From contig CAVTAE010000014.1 in NCBI GenBank assembly GCA_963732665.1, positions 1,227,544 to 1,291,543 on the forward strand: a stretch of 64,000 nucleotides of DNA, written 5' to 3'. The translations under genes were made by a program, and so were the position numbers. Positions within the stretch are counted from its first letter, which is position 1. Each line of letters starts with the position of its first letter. The DNA is from an uncultured Trueperaceae bacterium. GTDB lineage: Bacteria > Deinococcota > Deinococci > Deinococcales > Trueperaceae. Under the pieces are notes generated by a model. It made no database searches and was not told where the DNA came from. It saw nothing but the letters and a program-made list of their open reading frames with translations. Shown here in pieces: positions 9,722-20,557 of the stretch.

Positions 9722-11130
9722 ATGAATCAGCAAAAAATCATGAATGTAAGAGAACTTGGTGCTAGAGGAGACGGATCACAAGATGACGGCAAGTTTATCC
9801 AAGATGCAATAGATCAGCTAAGTCAACAAGGAGGGGGTACGGTTTTCGTGCCAGCCAGCCATGACTATTATAAACTTACCCGCCCCCTCCTGCTGCGCTC
9901 TGGGGTTACTCTTGAGGGTGAAGGCGAGGGAAGTTTTATCAAAAACGTAACGAAGAAGGGGGCTGGGATAGCACTGTTTTAATGATGGGTACGTATGGGG
10001 GTTATCAAAGTAGACGAGGCGCTAATAGTGAGCCGTCCTATGCCATCGAGGGCATCACTAACAAAGGGAATGTGGTTGTTCTGGAAAAACCGGAGCAGGT
10101 TACTGAGTTTCGAGCAGGAGATGTCGTAGGGCTTGAGTCTGCCCAGAGAATCGAATCGGGTATATACCCTGTTTATTCTATGCTCAATGAAGTTGTTGAA
10201 GGTGGACAAAAAGGATTAAGGCTCAAACATCCTGTCTTGGATGCTTATAACAGCGTAGCAGGTCGGCGTGCGAGAATTTACCGTCTCAATACGGGACAAT
10301 GTGAAAGTATTTTAGTAGGTAGCTCCTTGCACCCTGAATCAGCTGAGGTTTACCGTGATATTGTGGTGCGTAATCTAAAATTAGAACAAACGAGAGATGA
10401 TGATTTCTACGTGATTAAACTAAGTAGTATGTACGCACTGATTGATAATATTATTATTATAGGTTCAGGGGGAATTGCAGGAAATCCTTTTGCCTTTTCT
10501 ACAATTAGAAATTGTCATATCTATTACAAAAAAATTGGTATCGAGCTAGCCTATTGGTCAAATAATGTTGTGGTCGAGAAAAATACTTTAGAGCGTATTG
10601 CCGATGTTGGCTCAAACTGGCAGTTTGCTATTAACGTGAGCACTGAAGGTGGAAATGACTGTAGCCTAAACGAAAACACGATCCTCGAAAAAAATGCGAG
10701 TAGTAGTAAACAGGCGAGTTTGGCCCTTAATAAGCAGCGAACTGTAGCAAAGAACAATATAGTGATGGGCAGTCCCGAAGGGGGTGTAGGTATTGCCGTT
10801 GCTGGTGACCATTCCGTCCTTGAGGGAAACGTGGTTATTGCCCCTAACTCTCATGGTATTAACATTAACGCTGAAGGTGTACAGTGCATCGGCAATACGG
10901 TATCAGGATTAGCGGGACAAGAGAAATTTGCTATTCGGCTAGGTAAGAAATCTACCAACTGTGTGGTGCAGGATAATAATTTGGGAGATGTTACGGACGT
11001 TCGTGGGCTGGAAAAAAGCTATGAGGTTGCTGACGAGGGCCGAGCTAACCGCATTCAAAAAAATTCTAAGTTTTCTATCCAACTCGATGAAAGGCGACTT
11101 CCTCGCTCGAGTTTGCCTAGGGCGAAGTAG
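9722..11130 (+). CDS. right-handed parallel beta-helix protein (pectate-lyase-3/CASH-like; polysaccharide lyase or epimerase), apparently split by a frameshift at 9980
   Basis: ORF 9722..9982 has the typical N-terminus (NVRELGARGDGSQDDGKFIQDAIDQL..GGGTVFVP). ORF 9982..11130 in a different frame continues with repetitive beta-helix motifs (NNVVVEKNT, GNVVIAPNS). They overlap by 1 nt; a G5 run lies at 9956-9962. Confidence 0.6.
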
Positions 11131-11220
11131 AATTAATATTTATCACAGTATGCTTAAGGATGCTTAGGTATGCTAGAAAACGATTGAGTAGAATGCTATT
11201 TTAAGGAGGACAGATAAATC

Positions 11221-12600
11221 TTGAATGAATTGATTATTTGTGTGACGGTATTCGTGACGCTTGGACTTCTTCGCAGAAATCTCATTGCTCCAACAACGAT
11301 TTTTGCTTTTGTTGCTAGCATGAACGCAATCGTCTATTATGGTGTAGCAGTTCGTCTCCTCTATCCTAGTGCCTATCTTTATTGGTGGCAGGTCAAAGGA
11401 ACTTATGGCTCAGTTCATACGCACGTCTTACTCCTTTTTCTTATTCTTGTCATCTTGGCTTTTACGGTGGATAGTTGGCTACATAGGCAACTCGGGATAA
11501 AGATTCACAAACCAACCACTAAGTTCATTTTCGAATCCCTGAACCGCATAGATGGATCAGTAAATTCTTTTCTCAATTCGATACCGATGGCCTTATGTGT
11601 TTTGTTTTTAAGTTCACTCTATTTCATCCATTTTTGGCAAATTGATAAATCTAAGATTTTTTACTATGATGAGTACCTTAGTATTCGTCAAGCAGACTTT
11701 GTGGGCATTGAAAACAGTATGCTCAATCTCGTCCACGATACGCTTCCGTTACAAGGGGTACTTTTTAGTGTTTTGTTGGCTACTTACTTTCGTAAAAAAA
11801 ACATAGTTATGCTTTCTGTTGTATTATTTCCTTTCCTTTATAGTTTTTTGATATCTGTTGCTTTTAACTCGAGGTTTGCACCGTTACAACTATTCTTTTT
11901 GGCTTTTATTTTGTTTGTAACAAGGAGAAAAAAATGGAGTTTGAGTGCAGCTTTAATTACGTCTTTCGGGTTTTTGATGTATGGAGCTACGATCTCCCTT
12001 CGGAGGGCAGCCGATGCGAGGATTGGAGAGTTTGGGTTGGCCCCGTTTTTATCTCTCTTTAGTAGTGGAAATATACTTCCAGATAGCCCTATTTTCTTTA
12101 TGCTCTTCAATTTTTTTGGGGGGGGCTTTGTTATGGCAGAGGCCTTTTTAAGAGACAATGTAAATTATCCCATAAAATACAAAATTCTATCATTTTCACC
12201 TCTACCTTCTTTCATTGATGGTTTTGATTCTGTTTCATATGTGTCTAAAGTGTATAGGGCAAGCTCAACAGGTCCATTTAGTAATTTTGCAGAGGCCTAC
12301 CTATTTGGAGCTATCTATTCTATTCTTTTCGTGATAATAATCATTCTAAGTTTATATTTTTTAAACAGGTTTTGGTATCGTTTTGGAGGACGGCTAACAT
12401 TTGTTTTATATATGCCAGCATTTTACGCTTTTGCTAGGATGTACCAATATCCTCTTAGGCATACACTTCGATATTTACTTTTTTCACTTCTATTATGTTA
12501 TGTTACAACAATTATCTTAAATCGTAAGCCAGTTAGCCCGCAACCTCTAGATAAGTTGCTTTCTAAAGATAGAGTAAATCAAAAATGGATATCTTTATGA
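11221..12600 (+). CDS. polytopic membrane protein, Wzy-like polysaccharide polymerase candidate
   Basis: 10+ hydrophobic segments, no soluble domains, located in EPS locus; TTG start assumed. Confidence 0.5.
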   Translation: MNELIICVTVFVTLGLLRRNLIAPTTIFAFVASMNAIVYYGVAVRLLYPSAYLYWWQVKGTYGSVHTHVLLLFLILVILAFTVDSWLHRQLGIKIHKPTTKFIFESLNRIDGSVNSFLNSIPMALCVLFLSSLYFIHFWQIDKSKIFYYDEYLSIRQADFVGIENSMLNLVHDTLPLQGVLFSVLLATYFRKKNIVMLSVVLFPFLYSFLISVAFNSRFAPLQLFFLAFILFVTRRKKWSLSAALITSFGFLMYGATISLRRAADARIGEFGLAPFLSLFSSGNILPDSPIFFMLFNFFGGGFVMAEAFLRDNVNYPIKYKILSFSPLPSFIDGFDSVSYVSKVYRASSTGPFSNFAEAYLFGAIYSILFVIIIILSLYFLNRFWYRFGGRLTFVLYMPAFYAFARMYQYPLRHTLRYLLFSLLLCYVTTIILNRKPVSPQPLDKLLSKDRVNQKWISL

Positions 12601-13496
12601 TTAGTCAATCTAGCTCTCGACTAGATTTCTTAGTGATAGGGGCGCAGAAGTCCGCTACTACTTGGCTGTTTGATTGCTTGCAATGCCATCCTCAATTGCA
12701 ATTACCAGCCAAAAAGCGTGAAGTTGAGTATTTGGGAGGTGACCTGTATCAAAACAATGGGGCGGATTGGTATTTTTCACTTTTAGGAGAGCCACAGCCT
12801 AACAAAAAATTAGGTGATGTGTCTGTTGAATATATCTATGATCCTCGTTCTGCTGAGGTAGTACACCACTATGCTCCGAAAGTCAAAATGATTTTATCTT
12901 TGAGGGAACCTGTTAGTAGAGCAATTTCAGCTTATTACTGGCATGTGCGCAAAAAAACTATCCCAGATTTATCCTTAGAGGATGCTTTGTTTAGGGCCTT
13001 GCTCATTTTTGAGCAAGAGGGTTTAGAAAGCACTAATAAGCTAGTTGACATCCTGAAACGTGGTTTCTACGATGTTCAGTTAGCTCACTATTTATGTTTT
13101 TTTTCTATTGATCAATTTATGTTCGTGCTTTACGAGGATATTGATAAATCCCCCGATCGAGTTCTCAAGGCTATTTATAATTATATAGAGGTTGATGATA
13201 ACTTTAAGCCCTTATCACTCAAAGCCAAGCCAAAGCGTAATACGTATCTAGAACCACTCATCGGATTACAACGTCGCTTTTCGAGCTCTAAAGTTATGAA
13301 TAAATCATTAGATATAGCTAATCAGGTGTTAGCTAGTGCAGGTATTCAAAAAAATAAACCCCAATTGTCTGCTGCATTACAAAACAGGCTTCATGATTTT
13401 TTTCAACCACATAATAGTCAATTGTTAACTATGATAAACAAAGTACCTGAAAATCAAAGGCCCTTGGCAATGAGCTCGAGTCGATGGTGGTTGTGA
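12585..13496 (+). CDS. sulfotransferase, copy 2
   Basis: PAPS-binding motif VIGAQKSATTWLFDCL; RxxS 3'-PB-like region (SLREPVSRAIS). Confidence 0.75.
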   Translation: MDIFMISQSSSRLDFLVIGAQKSATTWLFDCLQCHPQLQLPAKKREVEYLGGDLYQNNGADWYFSLLGEPQPNKKLGDVSVEYIYDPRSAEVVHHYAPKVKMILSLREPVSRAISAYYWHVRKKTIPDLSLEDALFRALLIFEQEGLESTNKLVDILKRGFYDVQLAHYLCFFSIDQFMFVLYEDIDKSPDRVLKAIYNYIEVDDNFKPLSLKAKPKRNTYLEPLIGLQRRFSSSKVMNKSLDIANQVLASAGIQKNKPQLSAALQNRLHDFFQPHNSQLLTMINKVPENQRPLAMSSSRWWL

Positions 13497-14218
13497 TGAT
13501 AAAACAATTGAGACATGATTTGAGGCGCAAGATTAATCGCTATCCTGAAATTTACTTTCCAGTAGTTCGTTGGCGTAATTATAAAAATCAATCATCAGTT
13601 TTACTATCAAAACACACTGAAATTGTCATTGAAGGTTATCCTAGGTCGGGTAACACATTTGCGGTGGCAGCGTTTCTTTTTGCCCAAGAACGTAAGTTGC
13701 ATATCGCACGACATTTACATGCTCCTGCTCAAATTATTGCGGCAATTCGAAGAAATGTACCAGCGATAGTTCTTATTCGTCAGCCATTGGATGCAGTCAG
13801 CTCTATAGTGATACGTAATCCTCAGGTATCTCTATCTACAGCCCTACAAGATTATCTGGCTTTTTATGAGCCTTTATTGCCTTTACGTCAGCACTATGTT
13901 TTAGCGACTTTTGATGATGTGACTCATCGATTTGGCGATGTAATTCAGCGTGTAAATCAACTTTACCTTACTAGTTTTAAGCTGTTTGAGCATAATTTTG
14001 TTAATGTTGAAAAGGTCTTCGCGATGGTAGAAGTCATGGACAAAGAAAATACTGGACAAATGAATGTATCTGAGGATAAAGTGGCTCGTCCTTCCGAGGA
14101 ACGTAAAAAGATAAAAGAGCATTTAAAAGCGAATTTTAATCGTCTTGAGCTACGACCTCTTTTGCAGCGGTCTGAGTATTTATACAAACGCTTCCAAGAA
14201 GGGATAGATGCAATATGA
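13484..14218 (+). CDS. sulfotransferase-family protein, copy 3
   Basis: P-loop-like EGYPRSGNTFAVAAF; overlaps neighbours by 13 and 4 nt (operon). Confidence 0.6.
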   Translation: MVVVMIKQLRHDLRRKINRYPEIYFPVVRWRNYKNQSSVLLSKHTEIVIEGYPRSGNTFAVAAFLFAQERKLHIARHLHAPAQIIAAIRRNVPAIVLIRQPLDAVSSIVIRNPQVSLSTALQDYLAFYEPLLPLRQHYVLATFDDVTHRFGDVIQRVNQLYLTSFKLFEHNFVNVEKVFAMVEVMDKENTGQMNVSEDKVARPSEERKKIKEHLKANFNRLELRPLLQRSEYLYKRFQEGIDAI

Positions 14219-15087
14219 CGTATGCAAAGCTAAGCCGAGACCTACACCCAAGAACACTGCGAGGTATCGCTCGACATGTTACGCTTTCAACCCTTGCTCT
14301 GTTTTGGCAGCAGAGCGGGCGTATTGAGGTACAGAAGGAAAAAAGGCGTGTTCAGTTTTTGTATCTTCATCATGTCCTTCCTGATGAAGAACAGCCCTTT
14401 CGCCAGTTACTTACATCTTTAACAAAAAGCTATCGTTTTATCTCTTATTCAGAAGCCGTCGCGAGAGTTTGGTCAGGAAATATTGATGATACTTATCTTA
14501 CCTTGAGTTTTGATGATGGGTTTAAGAATTGCTTGAAGGCGGTTTCAATTATGAATGAAGTAGGTGCAAAAGCTTGCTTTTTTGTGTGTCCTCCTATGGT
14601 TGGTGAGACGGATTTTGGTAGAATTGAACGCTTTTGTTGTGAAAAATTGCGCAAACTCCCACTCGAGTTTATGAATTGGGCTGATCTTGAACATTTGCTG
14701 TTGACAGGTCATGAAATAGGTGGACATACCATGAGTCATCCTAATTTAGCTGAGATACCTGTGGTGCAAGTTGAGCAGGAGCTTAATGAGTCGTTTACCA
14801 TCCTTCGTCAGCGTTTTGGTAAGATAAAGCATTTTGCTTGGCCCTACGGCAAATCTGCTTGCATAACACCACAAGCTGCTAAGGCTATATTTGAAGTAGG
14901 ATATGAGTCCTGCGCTTCGGGTATGCGAGGGTCTCATGTAGTGGGTCAACTGGAGAAATCAGCGTTGTGTATTCGTCGAGATCATGTTATGGCCACTTGG
15001 CCTGTAGGGCATGTGAACTACTTTTTATCTCGTAGTAGTGCTCGAGCGTCTTTAAAGGATAATAGGTGGCCGTGGGAGTTAATATAA
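14215..15087 (+). CDS. polysaccharide deacetylase (NodB/CE4 family)
   Basis: NodB motif LTLSFDDGFKNCL and His-containing motifs (GHEIGGHTMSHP). Confidence 0.8.
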   Translation: MTYAKLSRDLHPRTLRGIARHVTLSTLALFWQQSGRIEVQKEKRRVQFLYLHHVLPDEEQPFRQLLTSLTKSYRFISYSEAVARVWSGNIDDTYLTLSFDDGFKNCLKAVSIMNEVGAKACFFVCPPMVGETDFGRIERFCCEKLRKLPLEFMNWADLEHLLLTGHEIGGHTMSHPNLAEIPVVQVEQELNESFTILRQRFGKIKHFAWPYGKSACITPQAAKAIFEVGYESCASGMRGSHVVGQLEKSALCIRRDHVMATWPVGHVNYFLSRSSARASLKDNRWPWELI

Positions 15088-15168
15088 AGGTGAAAAACTT
15101 CCTCGACGGACCGCAGAGATTAGGGGATACTGACGTGACTGCTGGGTAGGCTTTCATGAAAGAGTAGG

Positions 15169-16362
15169 TTGATGAAGGTGGTTTTTACAATGTTAGATTC
15201 AGATCCTCGACCAGTTCTATTGGTTGGAAATACATCGAGCCATGCAGTGACAGGCCTTACTAAGGCTTTTGACATCTTACTCGAAGGTTTGCAAGACCAT
15301 CACTTTCCCTATTGCTTATTAGATAAAAGTGTGGCAGATCTACCAGGGGAAGCTGGTGCATTTGGAGTAATACGGTCTTTAGCAACACTTCGCATATTAC
15401 TGGCCTACATTCCTGCCCTTTTTAAAGTTGAAGGTGTATACATGACCATTGCTTCAACAAGGGCAGGGTTTTTTCGAGATGCTCTCTATATATGGTTGGC
15501 TAAATTTTTCGGTAAGCGCATTGTAGTACACCTCCATGGTGGTGGATATGGAAGATTCTATGAATTACAGCCGCGTGTTCTCAAAACTCTTATTAAGCAC
15601 ACTTTGTCGTTGACGGATACTATTATTGTCCTTGGAGAAGGTTTGCGTGAGCAGTTTACTTTTGTTCCTAATGTAGATCAAAAACTGCAGGTGGTTCCTA
15701 ATGGTTTGCCTTCAGACGTACAGATAAACGGTGCTAAACCAAAGCGGTTTTTATCGGGGCCTCTGAGACTTTTATACCTTTCTAATCTTATGGAATCCAA
15801 GGGTTATATGGATGTTCTTGAAGCCTGTTATCAACTGAAGCAGAAGGGATTAGATTTCCGCTGTGATTATTGTGGTGATTTTGTGCGTACCTCTGAAGGG
15901 ACAGAGCTTTCGGCTGCTCAAGCAAAAGATAGCTTCTTTCAGCGAATTAAGGCGTTAGGACTTGAAAACTATATTTTTTATCATGGGGTTGTTGGGGGAA
16001 ATGTCAAACAAACCTTTTTGCAAGAAGCCCATCTCTTTTTACTTCCTACCTATCATCCTTGGGAAGGCCAGCCCATAAGCATTATTGAAGCTCTATCTTT
16101 GGGTACACCTGTCATTACAACGGCTTATAGAGGAATGCTAGAACAAGTAAAAGATGGCTATAATGGATACTATGTCGCTCCAAAATCTCCTAACGAGATT
16201 GCTGCAGCTGTGCAAAAAGCAGTCATAAACCCTGAACACTATCAAGCCTTAAGTAGTAATGCCATGAAGTATTTTGAAGAAAGATTTAGTCGAGACGTAC
16301 ACATAAAAAAAATGCTTTCAGTTATTTATAGATTAGAAGGTGGACGTGCTCAAATTAGCTAA
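15169..16362 (+). CDS. glycosyltransferase family 4 (GT-B)
   Basis: C-terminal EX7E-type motif (EGQPISIIEALSLGTPVITT). Confidence 0.8.
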   Translation: MMKVVFTMLDSDPRPVLLVGNTSSHAVTGLTKAFDILLEGLQDHHFPYCLLDKSVADLPGEAGAFGVIRSLATLRILLAYIPALFKVEGVYMTIASTRAGFFRDALYIWLAKFFGKRIVVHLHGGGYGRFYELQPRVLKTLIKHTLSLTDTIIVLGEGLREQFTFVPNVDQKLQVVPNGLPSDVQINGAKPKRFLSGPLRLLYLSNLMESKGYMDVLEACYQLKQKGLDFRCDYCGDFVRTSEGTELSAAQAKDSFFQRIKALGLENYIFYHGVVGGNVKQTFLQEAHLFLLPTYHPWEGQPISIIEALSLGTPVITTAYRGMLEQVKDGYNGYYVAPKSPNEIAAAVQKAVINPEHYQALSSNAMKYFEERFSRDVHIKKMLSVIYRLEGGRAQIS

Positions 16363-17218
16363 AATCAGCCAATATACTGTATTCCGCAAGGGTAAAGATT
16401 TTGTGCAGCAGCTTCCTCGAGCCGTCAAACGTATGCAGACAAAAGCTTCAGACTTTGAAACTTCTCCCCCTGTACTTGTGAATTCATTTCCCAAAAGTGG
16501 CACCCACTTACTCACACAAATTGCTGAAGCTTTACCTAATACCAGAGATTATGGAACCTTCTGGGCCAGTATGCCCTCTTATACCTTTAGGGAGTGTTCG
16601 GTAGATGTCATGTGCTCTGCACTTACTAAGTTAGTACCTGGTGAATTGGTTTTATCGCATCTCTTCTATGAGCCTGCCTTCAAAGAGGTTTTAACATCTA
16701 AAAACACCGTTCATTATTTTATCTATAGGGACCCTAGAGACATCGTGATTTCTGAGGCTCACTATTTATCCACAATGACTAAATGGCATCGCTTACATCC
16801 ATATTTTAAGGCTTTGCCATCAACCGAAGCTCAGATTTCATTGGCGATCAATGGAGCTAGTGCTCATATTCCCTATGACTATCCTAATATTGCGCTACGC
16901 TTTAGGCGTTATATGGGTTGGCTTAAAGAGCCTCGAGTATTATCTCTAAGATTCGAAGATTTGGTATCTGCTCATCGAGACGATCATATAAGTAAGATTA
17001 TAAATTTTTACTGTCAACATACTCACCAATTAGATATTGTAAGTAGGCTTATACAAAACGCTGTAGATAATATTGATCCACAGCGTTCACATACCTTTAG
17101 AAGTGGCAAATCTGGTGGATGGCGTGACGTATTGACACCTACTCATAAAGAACAACTTAAAGAGGTTGCCGGTCAATTGCTTATTGAATTAGGTTATGAG
17201 AAAGATTTGGATTGGTAA
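16340..17218 (+). CDS. sulfotransferase, copy 4
   Basis: 5'-PSB motif VNSFPKSGTHLLTQI; 3'-PB-like region (YRDPRDIVISEAHY). Confidence 0.75.
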   Translation: MDVLKLAKISQYTVFRKGKDFVQQLPRAVKRMQTKASDFETSPPVLVNSFPKSGTHLLTQIAEALPNTRDYGTFWASMPSYTFRECSVDVMCSALTKLVPGELVLSHLFYEPAFKEVLTSKNTVHYFIYRDPRDIVISEAHYLSTMTKWHRLHPYFKALPSTEAQISLAINGASAHIPYDYPNIALRFRRYMGWLKEPRVLSLRFEDLVSAHRDDHISKIINFYCQHTHQLDIVSRLIQNAVDNIDPQRSHTFRSGKSGGWRDVLTPTHKEQLKEVAGQLLIELGYEKDLDW

Positions 17219-17255
17219 CCGGTGAAAGTAACCCATATGTTGGAAAATAATTGTT

Positions 17256-18518
17256 ATGAATGAAATACAGCCCTTAAGAATGTTAATTGTGAGTTTGAAT
17301 TATGCACCTGAGCCTACTGCAACTGGTAAATACACTGGCGAGATGGCAGCTTGGTTTGCCAAACAAGGGCACGAGGTTCATGCCATAGCTGCCTTTCCAC
17401 ATTACCCAAAGTGGGAAATTGACAAAGATTATCAGGATAGAGGGTGGTTTATTGAGAATGTAGAAGGAGTAACTACTTACCGTGTACCTCTTTATGTTCC
17501 TTCGCTTAAAAAGTTGAGTGCTAAGACGCGCATTATGATGGAGAGCAGTTTTTCAACCGCATCACTCCGATGGTGGATGAAACTAATGTTTGCTAAACCA
17601 TTTGATGTAGTAGTGGGAATTTGTCCGCCATTACAGGATGCAGTGATGCCTTGGCTTTATAAAAGCTTGAGAGGTGTGCCCTTCGTTTTTCATATTCAGG
17701 ACTTGCAAGTTGATGCAGCACTGGGTTTAGGTATGCTTTCTAATCCTCGCCTAAAGCACCTTTTACTAGCTTCTGAGGCCTTTTTACTCAATCGGACTAC
17801 CAAGATTTCAACGATTACCGAGGCTATGCGGAAACGTATTATCCAAAAGGGTATTCCTGAAGGCCAAACGCTTCTTTTCCCAAATTGGGCAGATACCGCA
17901 TTTGTGCGTCCTAAAGAACGCAATAATCCATTGCGAGAACAACTAGGAGTTACAAAAGACGATGTATTAGTTATTCATGCTGGTAACATGGGGGAAAAAC
18001 AGGGGCTTGAGGTGGTTTTAGAGACTGCTGATAGGCTTGCATCTCAGCCTAATATCAAACTTGTATTGGTTGGTCAAGGGGCTAAGCGAGAGGTTCTAGA
18101 GCAAGAGGCTAAGAAACGCAACTTAGGTAATTTACGTTTCTTTGATGTTTTTCCTTGGCAGCAAGTCCCTGATATGTTGGCTGCTGCCGATATTCATCTA
18201 GTGATTCAAAAACGTGAGGCTGGTGACTTGGTCATGCCCTCAAAGGTGACGAATATTATGGCTGCGGGCCGCCCTACTTTAGCAACAGCAGAACCAGGTA
18301 CGGCTCTTTATGAAGTTCTCAAAAGATACCAAGCAGGGATTTGCTGTATTCCAGAAGATTCCGAGGCCTTGGCTGCTGCGATTATAAATATGGCAAATTT
18401 ACCAGAAAGACTTACCCAGATGGGTCATAATGCACGCCAGTATGCTGAACGCTTTATTGCCAAAGATGCTATTTTAGCTGCATTTGAGGAAGAGTTAAGA
18501 ACAATTTGCAAAAAATAG
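17256..18518 (+). CDS. glycosyltransferase family 4, WcaI-like
   Basis: N-terminus [34 protein letters not shown] typical of WcaI-type GTs. Confidence 0.8.
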   Translation: MNEIQPLRMLIVSLNYAPEPTATGKYTGEMAAWFAKQGHEVHAIAAFPHYPKWEIDKDYQDRGWFIENVEGVTTYRVPLYVPSLKKLSAKTRIMMESSFSTASLRWWMKLMFAKPFDVVVGICPPLQDAVMPWLYKSLRGVPFVFHIQDLQVDAALGLGMLSNPRLKHLLLASEAFLLNRTTKISTITEAMRKRIIQKGIPEGQTLLFPNWADTAFVRPKERNNPLREQLGVTKDDVLVIHAGNMGEKQGLEVVLETADRLASQPNIKLVLVGQGAKREVLEQEAKKRNLGNLRFFDVFPWQQVPDMLAAADIHLVIQKREAGDLVMPSKVTNIMAAGRPTLATAEPGTALYEVLKRYQAGICCIPEDSEALAAAIINMANLPERLTQMGHNARQYAERFIAKDAILAAFEEELRTICKK

Positions 18519-18549
18519 AGATTATTTCCATGATCTGAAGAGAGGTAAT

Positions 18550-19596
18550 ATGAAACGAGCCTTAATAACAGGTATAACAGGACAAGATGGATCATACCTT
18601 AGTGAACTTCTATTAGTTAAAGGTTATGAAGTGCATGGGATTATACGTCGTGCCAGCACATTTAACACAGATCGTATAGACCATCTCTATATTGATCCAC
18701 ACAAGAAAGATGCCAGATTATTTTTGCATTATGGTGACCTAGCTGATGGGACTAACTTACGCCGAATTATCGAGAACGTGCAACCTGACGAGGTTTATAA
18801 TCTAGGAGCTCAATCCCATGTTGCAGTTTCGTTTCAGCAGCCTGAATATACAGTGGATATTGACGCTGTAGGGACACTCAGACTTTTAGAAGCTATTCGA
18901 GATTATTGTCAACGTACAGGTCATGAACTGCGTTTTTATCAGGCAGGCACCTCTGAAATGTTTGGTGCTTCCCCACCGCCACAATCAGAAACTACCCCTT
19001 TTTATCCACGTTCACCCTATGCTGCTGCTAAAGTCTATGCCTACTGGCAGACAGTGAATTACCGCGAAGCCTATGGGCTATTTGCTTGTAATGGTATTTT
19101 GTTTAACCATGAATCTGAGCGCCGAGGTGAAACCTTTGTGACTCGGAAAATAACTCGAGCTGCAACCCGTATTAAGCTTGGATTACAGAACAAGTTATAC
19201 CTGGGAAATCTAGAAGCCAAACGCGACTGGGGACATGCTCAGGATTACGTAGAAGCCATGTGGCTTATGTTGCAGCAAGATCAACCGGATGATTATGTGG
19301 TAGCAACAGGAGAGTCTTACTCAGTAAAAGAATTTGTAGAACGAGTCTTTAATTCTCTGGGCTTAAACTGGCAGGACTATGTAGAGATTGACCCACGTTA
19401 TTTCCGGCCTACCGAAGTTGAATATTTATGGGGTGACCCCGCTAAGGCTAAGCAAAAACTTGGCTGGCAGCCCAAAGTGGGTATTGATGAACTGGTTAGG
19501 CGTATGGTTGAATATGACCTCGAGTTAGCCAAGCAGGAAAAGGTTTTGAAAGATGCGGGTCATACAGTAGCATTGCGTGGAGTTGCAAATGGCTGA
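18550..19596 (+). CDS. gmd: GDP-mannose 4,6-dehydratase
   Basis: [31 protein letters not shown]...; SDR catalytic residues; highly conserved family. Confidence 0.95.
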   Translation: MKRALITGITGQDGSYLSELLLVKGYEVHGIIRRASTFNTDRIDHLYIDPHKKDARLFLHYGDLADGTNLRRIIENVQPDEVYNLGAQSHVAVSFQQPEYTVDIDAVGTLRLLEAIRDYCQRTGHELRFYQAGTSEMFGASPPPQSETTPFYPRSPYAAAKVYAYWQTVNYREAYGLFACNGILFNHESERRGETFVTRKITRAATRIKLGLQNKLYLGNLEAKRDWGHAQDYVEAMWLMLQQDQPDDYVVATGESYSVKEFVERVFNSLGLNWQDYVEIDPRYFRPTEVEYLWGDPAKAKQKLGWQPKVGIDELVRRMVEYDLELAKQEKVLKDAGHTVALRGVANG

Positions 19597-20542
19597 ATTA
19601 GCCAAGAATGCCAAGATTTATATTGCTGGACATCGGGGATTAGTGGGCTCAGCCCTAATGCGAAAACTCGAGTCTTTAGGTTATGCGAACCTTGTTACAC
19701 GTAGCAGCAAAGACCTGGACCTCAAAAACCAGGCAGCAGTAAATGACTTTTTTAGACACGAAAAACCTGAATATGTATTTTTAGCGGCAGCAAAAGTCGG
19801 TGGGATTTTGGCTAATGCTAGCTATCCTGCCCAATTTCTCTATGACAATCTAATGATTGCGTCTAACGTGATAGATGCGTCCTATCGGCATGGTGTTAAG
19901 AAACTCCTCAATTTGGGCAGCTCTTGTATATATCCAAAGTATGCAGAGCAACCTATAAGGGAAGATTCATTGCTTACGGGTCAGCTCGAGTACACTAACC
20001 GTGCTTACGCCATTGCCAAAATTGCTGCGATTGAACTCTGTGACAAATATCGTGAACAGTATGGTTGTGATTTTATCTCGGCGATGCCCACTAATCTTTA
20101 TGGTCCAGGTGATAATTTTGACTTGCAAAATAGCCATGTTTTACCTGCTTTGATTCGTAAGTTTGTAGAGGCAAAAGACCTAGATCAAGCTGTTATAGAA
20201 ATATGGGGTACGGGTAGTCCTAAGCGAGAATTCCTCTATGTTGATGATATGGCAGAGGCTTGTATTTACTTAATGAATCATTTTTCAGAGCCAGGTCCTA
20301 TCAATGTGGGGACAGGTGAAGACCTTAGTATCGCTGATTTAGCTAGGCTGGTTATGAAGACTGTGGGTTATGAGGGAGAACTTGTATTTGATACCAGCAA
20401 GCCGGATGGCACACCTCGTAAACTCCTTGATGTTTCACGCCTATCTAGAGCAGGATGGAAAGCCCAGACTACCCTTGAAGAAGGTATTCGTAAAACTGTG
20501 CTTTGGTATGTGAGTCATAGAACGCCAGTTGCTGTTGTATAA
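19577..20542 (+). CDS. fcl: GDP-L-fucose synthase (GDP-4-keto-6-deoxymannose 3,5-epimerase/4-reductase)
   Basis: [14 protein letters not shown]...; overlaps gmd stop; classic gmd-fcl pair. Confidence 0.9.
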   Translation: MELQMAELAKNAKIYIAGHRGLVGSALMRKLESLGYANLVTRSSKDLDLKNQAAVNDFFRHEKPEYVFLAAAKVGGILANASYPAQFLYDNLMIASNVIDASYRHGVKKLLNLGSSCIYPKYAEQPIREDSLLTGQLEYTNRAYAIAKIAAIELCDKYREQYGCDFISAMPTNLYGPGDNFDLQNSHVLPALIRKFVEAKDLDQAVIEIWGTGSPKREFLYVDDMAEACIYLMNHFSEPGPINVGTGEDLSIADLARLVMKTVGYEGELVFDTSKPDGTPRKLLDVSRLSRAGWKAQTTLEEGIRKTVLWYVSHRTPVAVV

Positions 20543-20557
20543 GCGATAAACTAATTT

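Noticed and set aside
10551-10854. Two minus-strand ORFs inside the beta-helix gene
   Set aside because: Antisense to a conserved-domain CDS; low complexity; no RBS.
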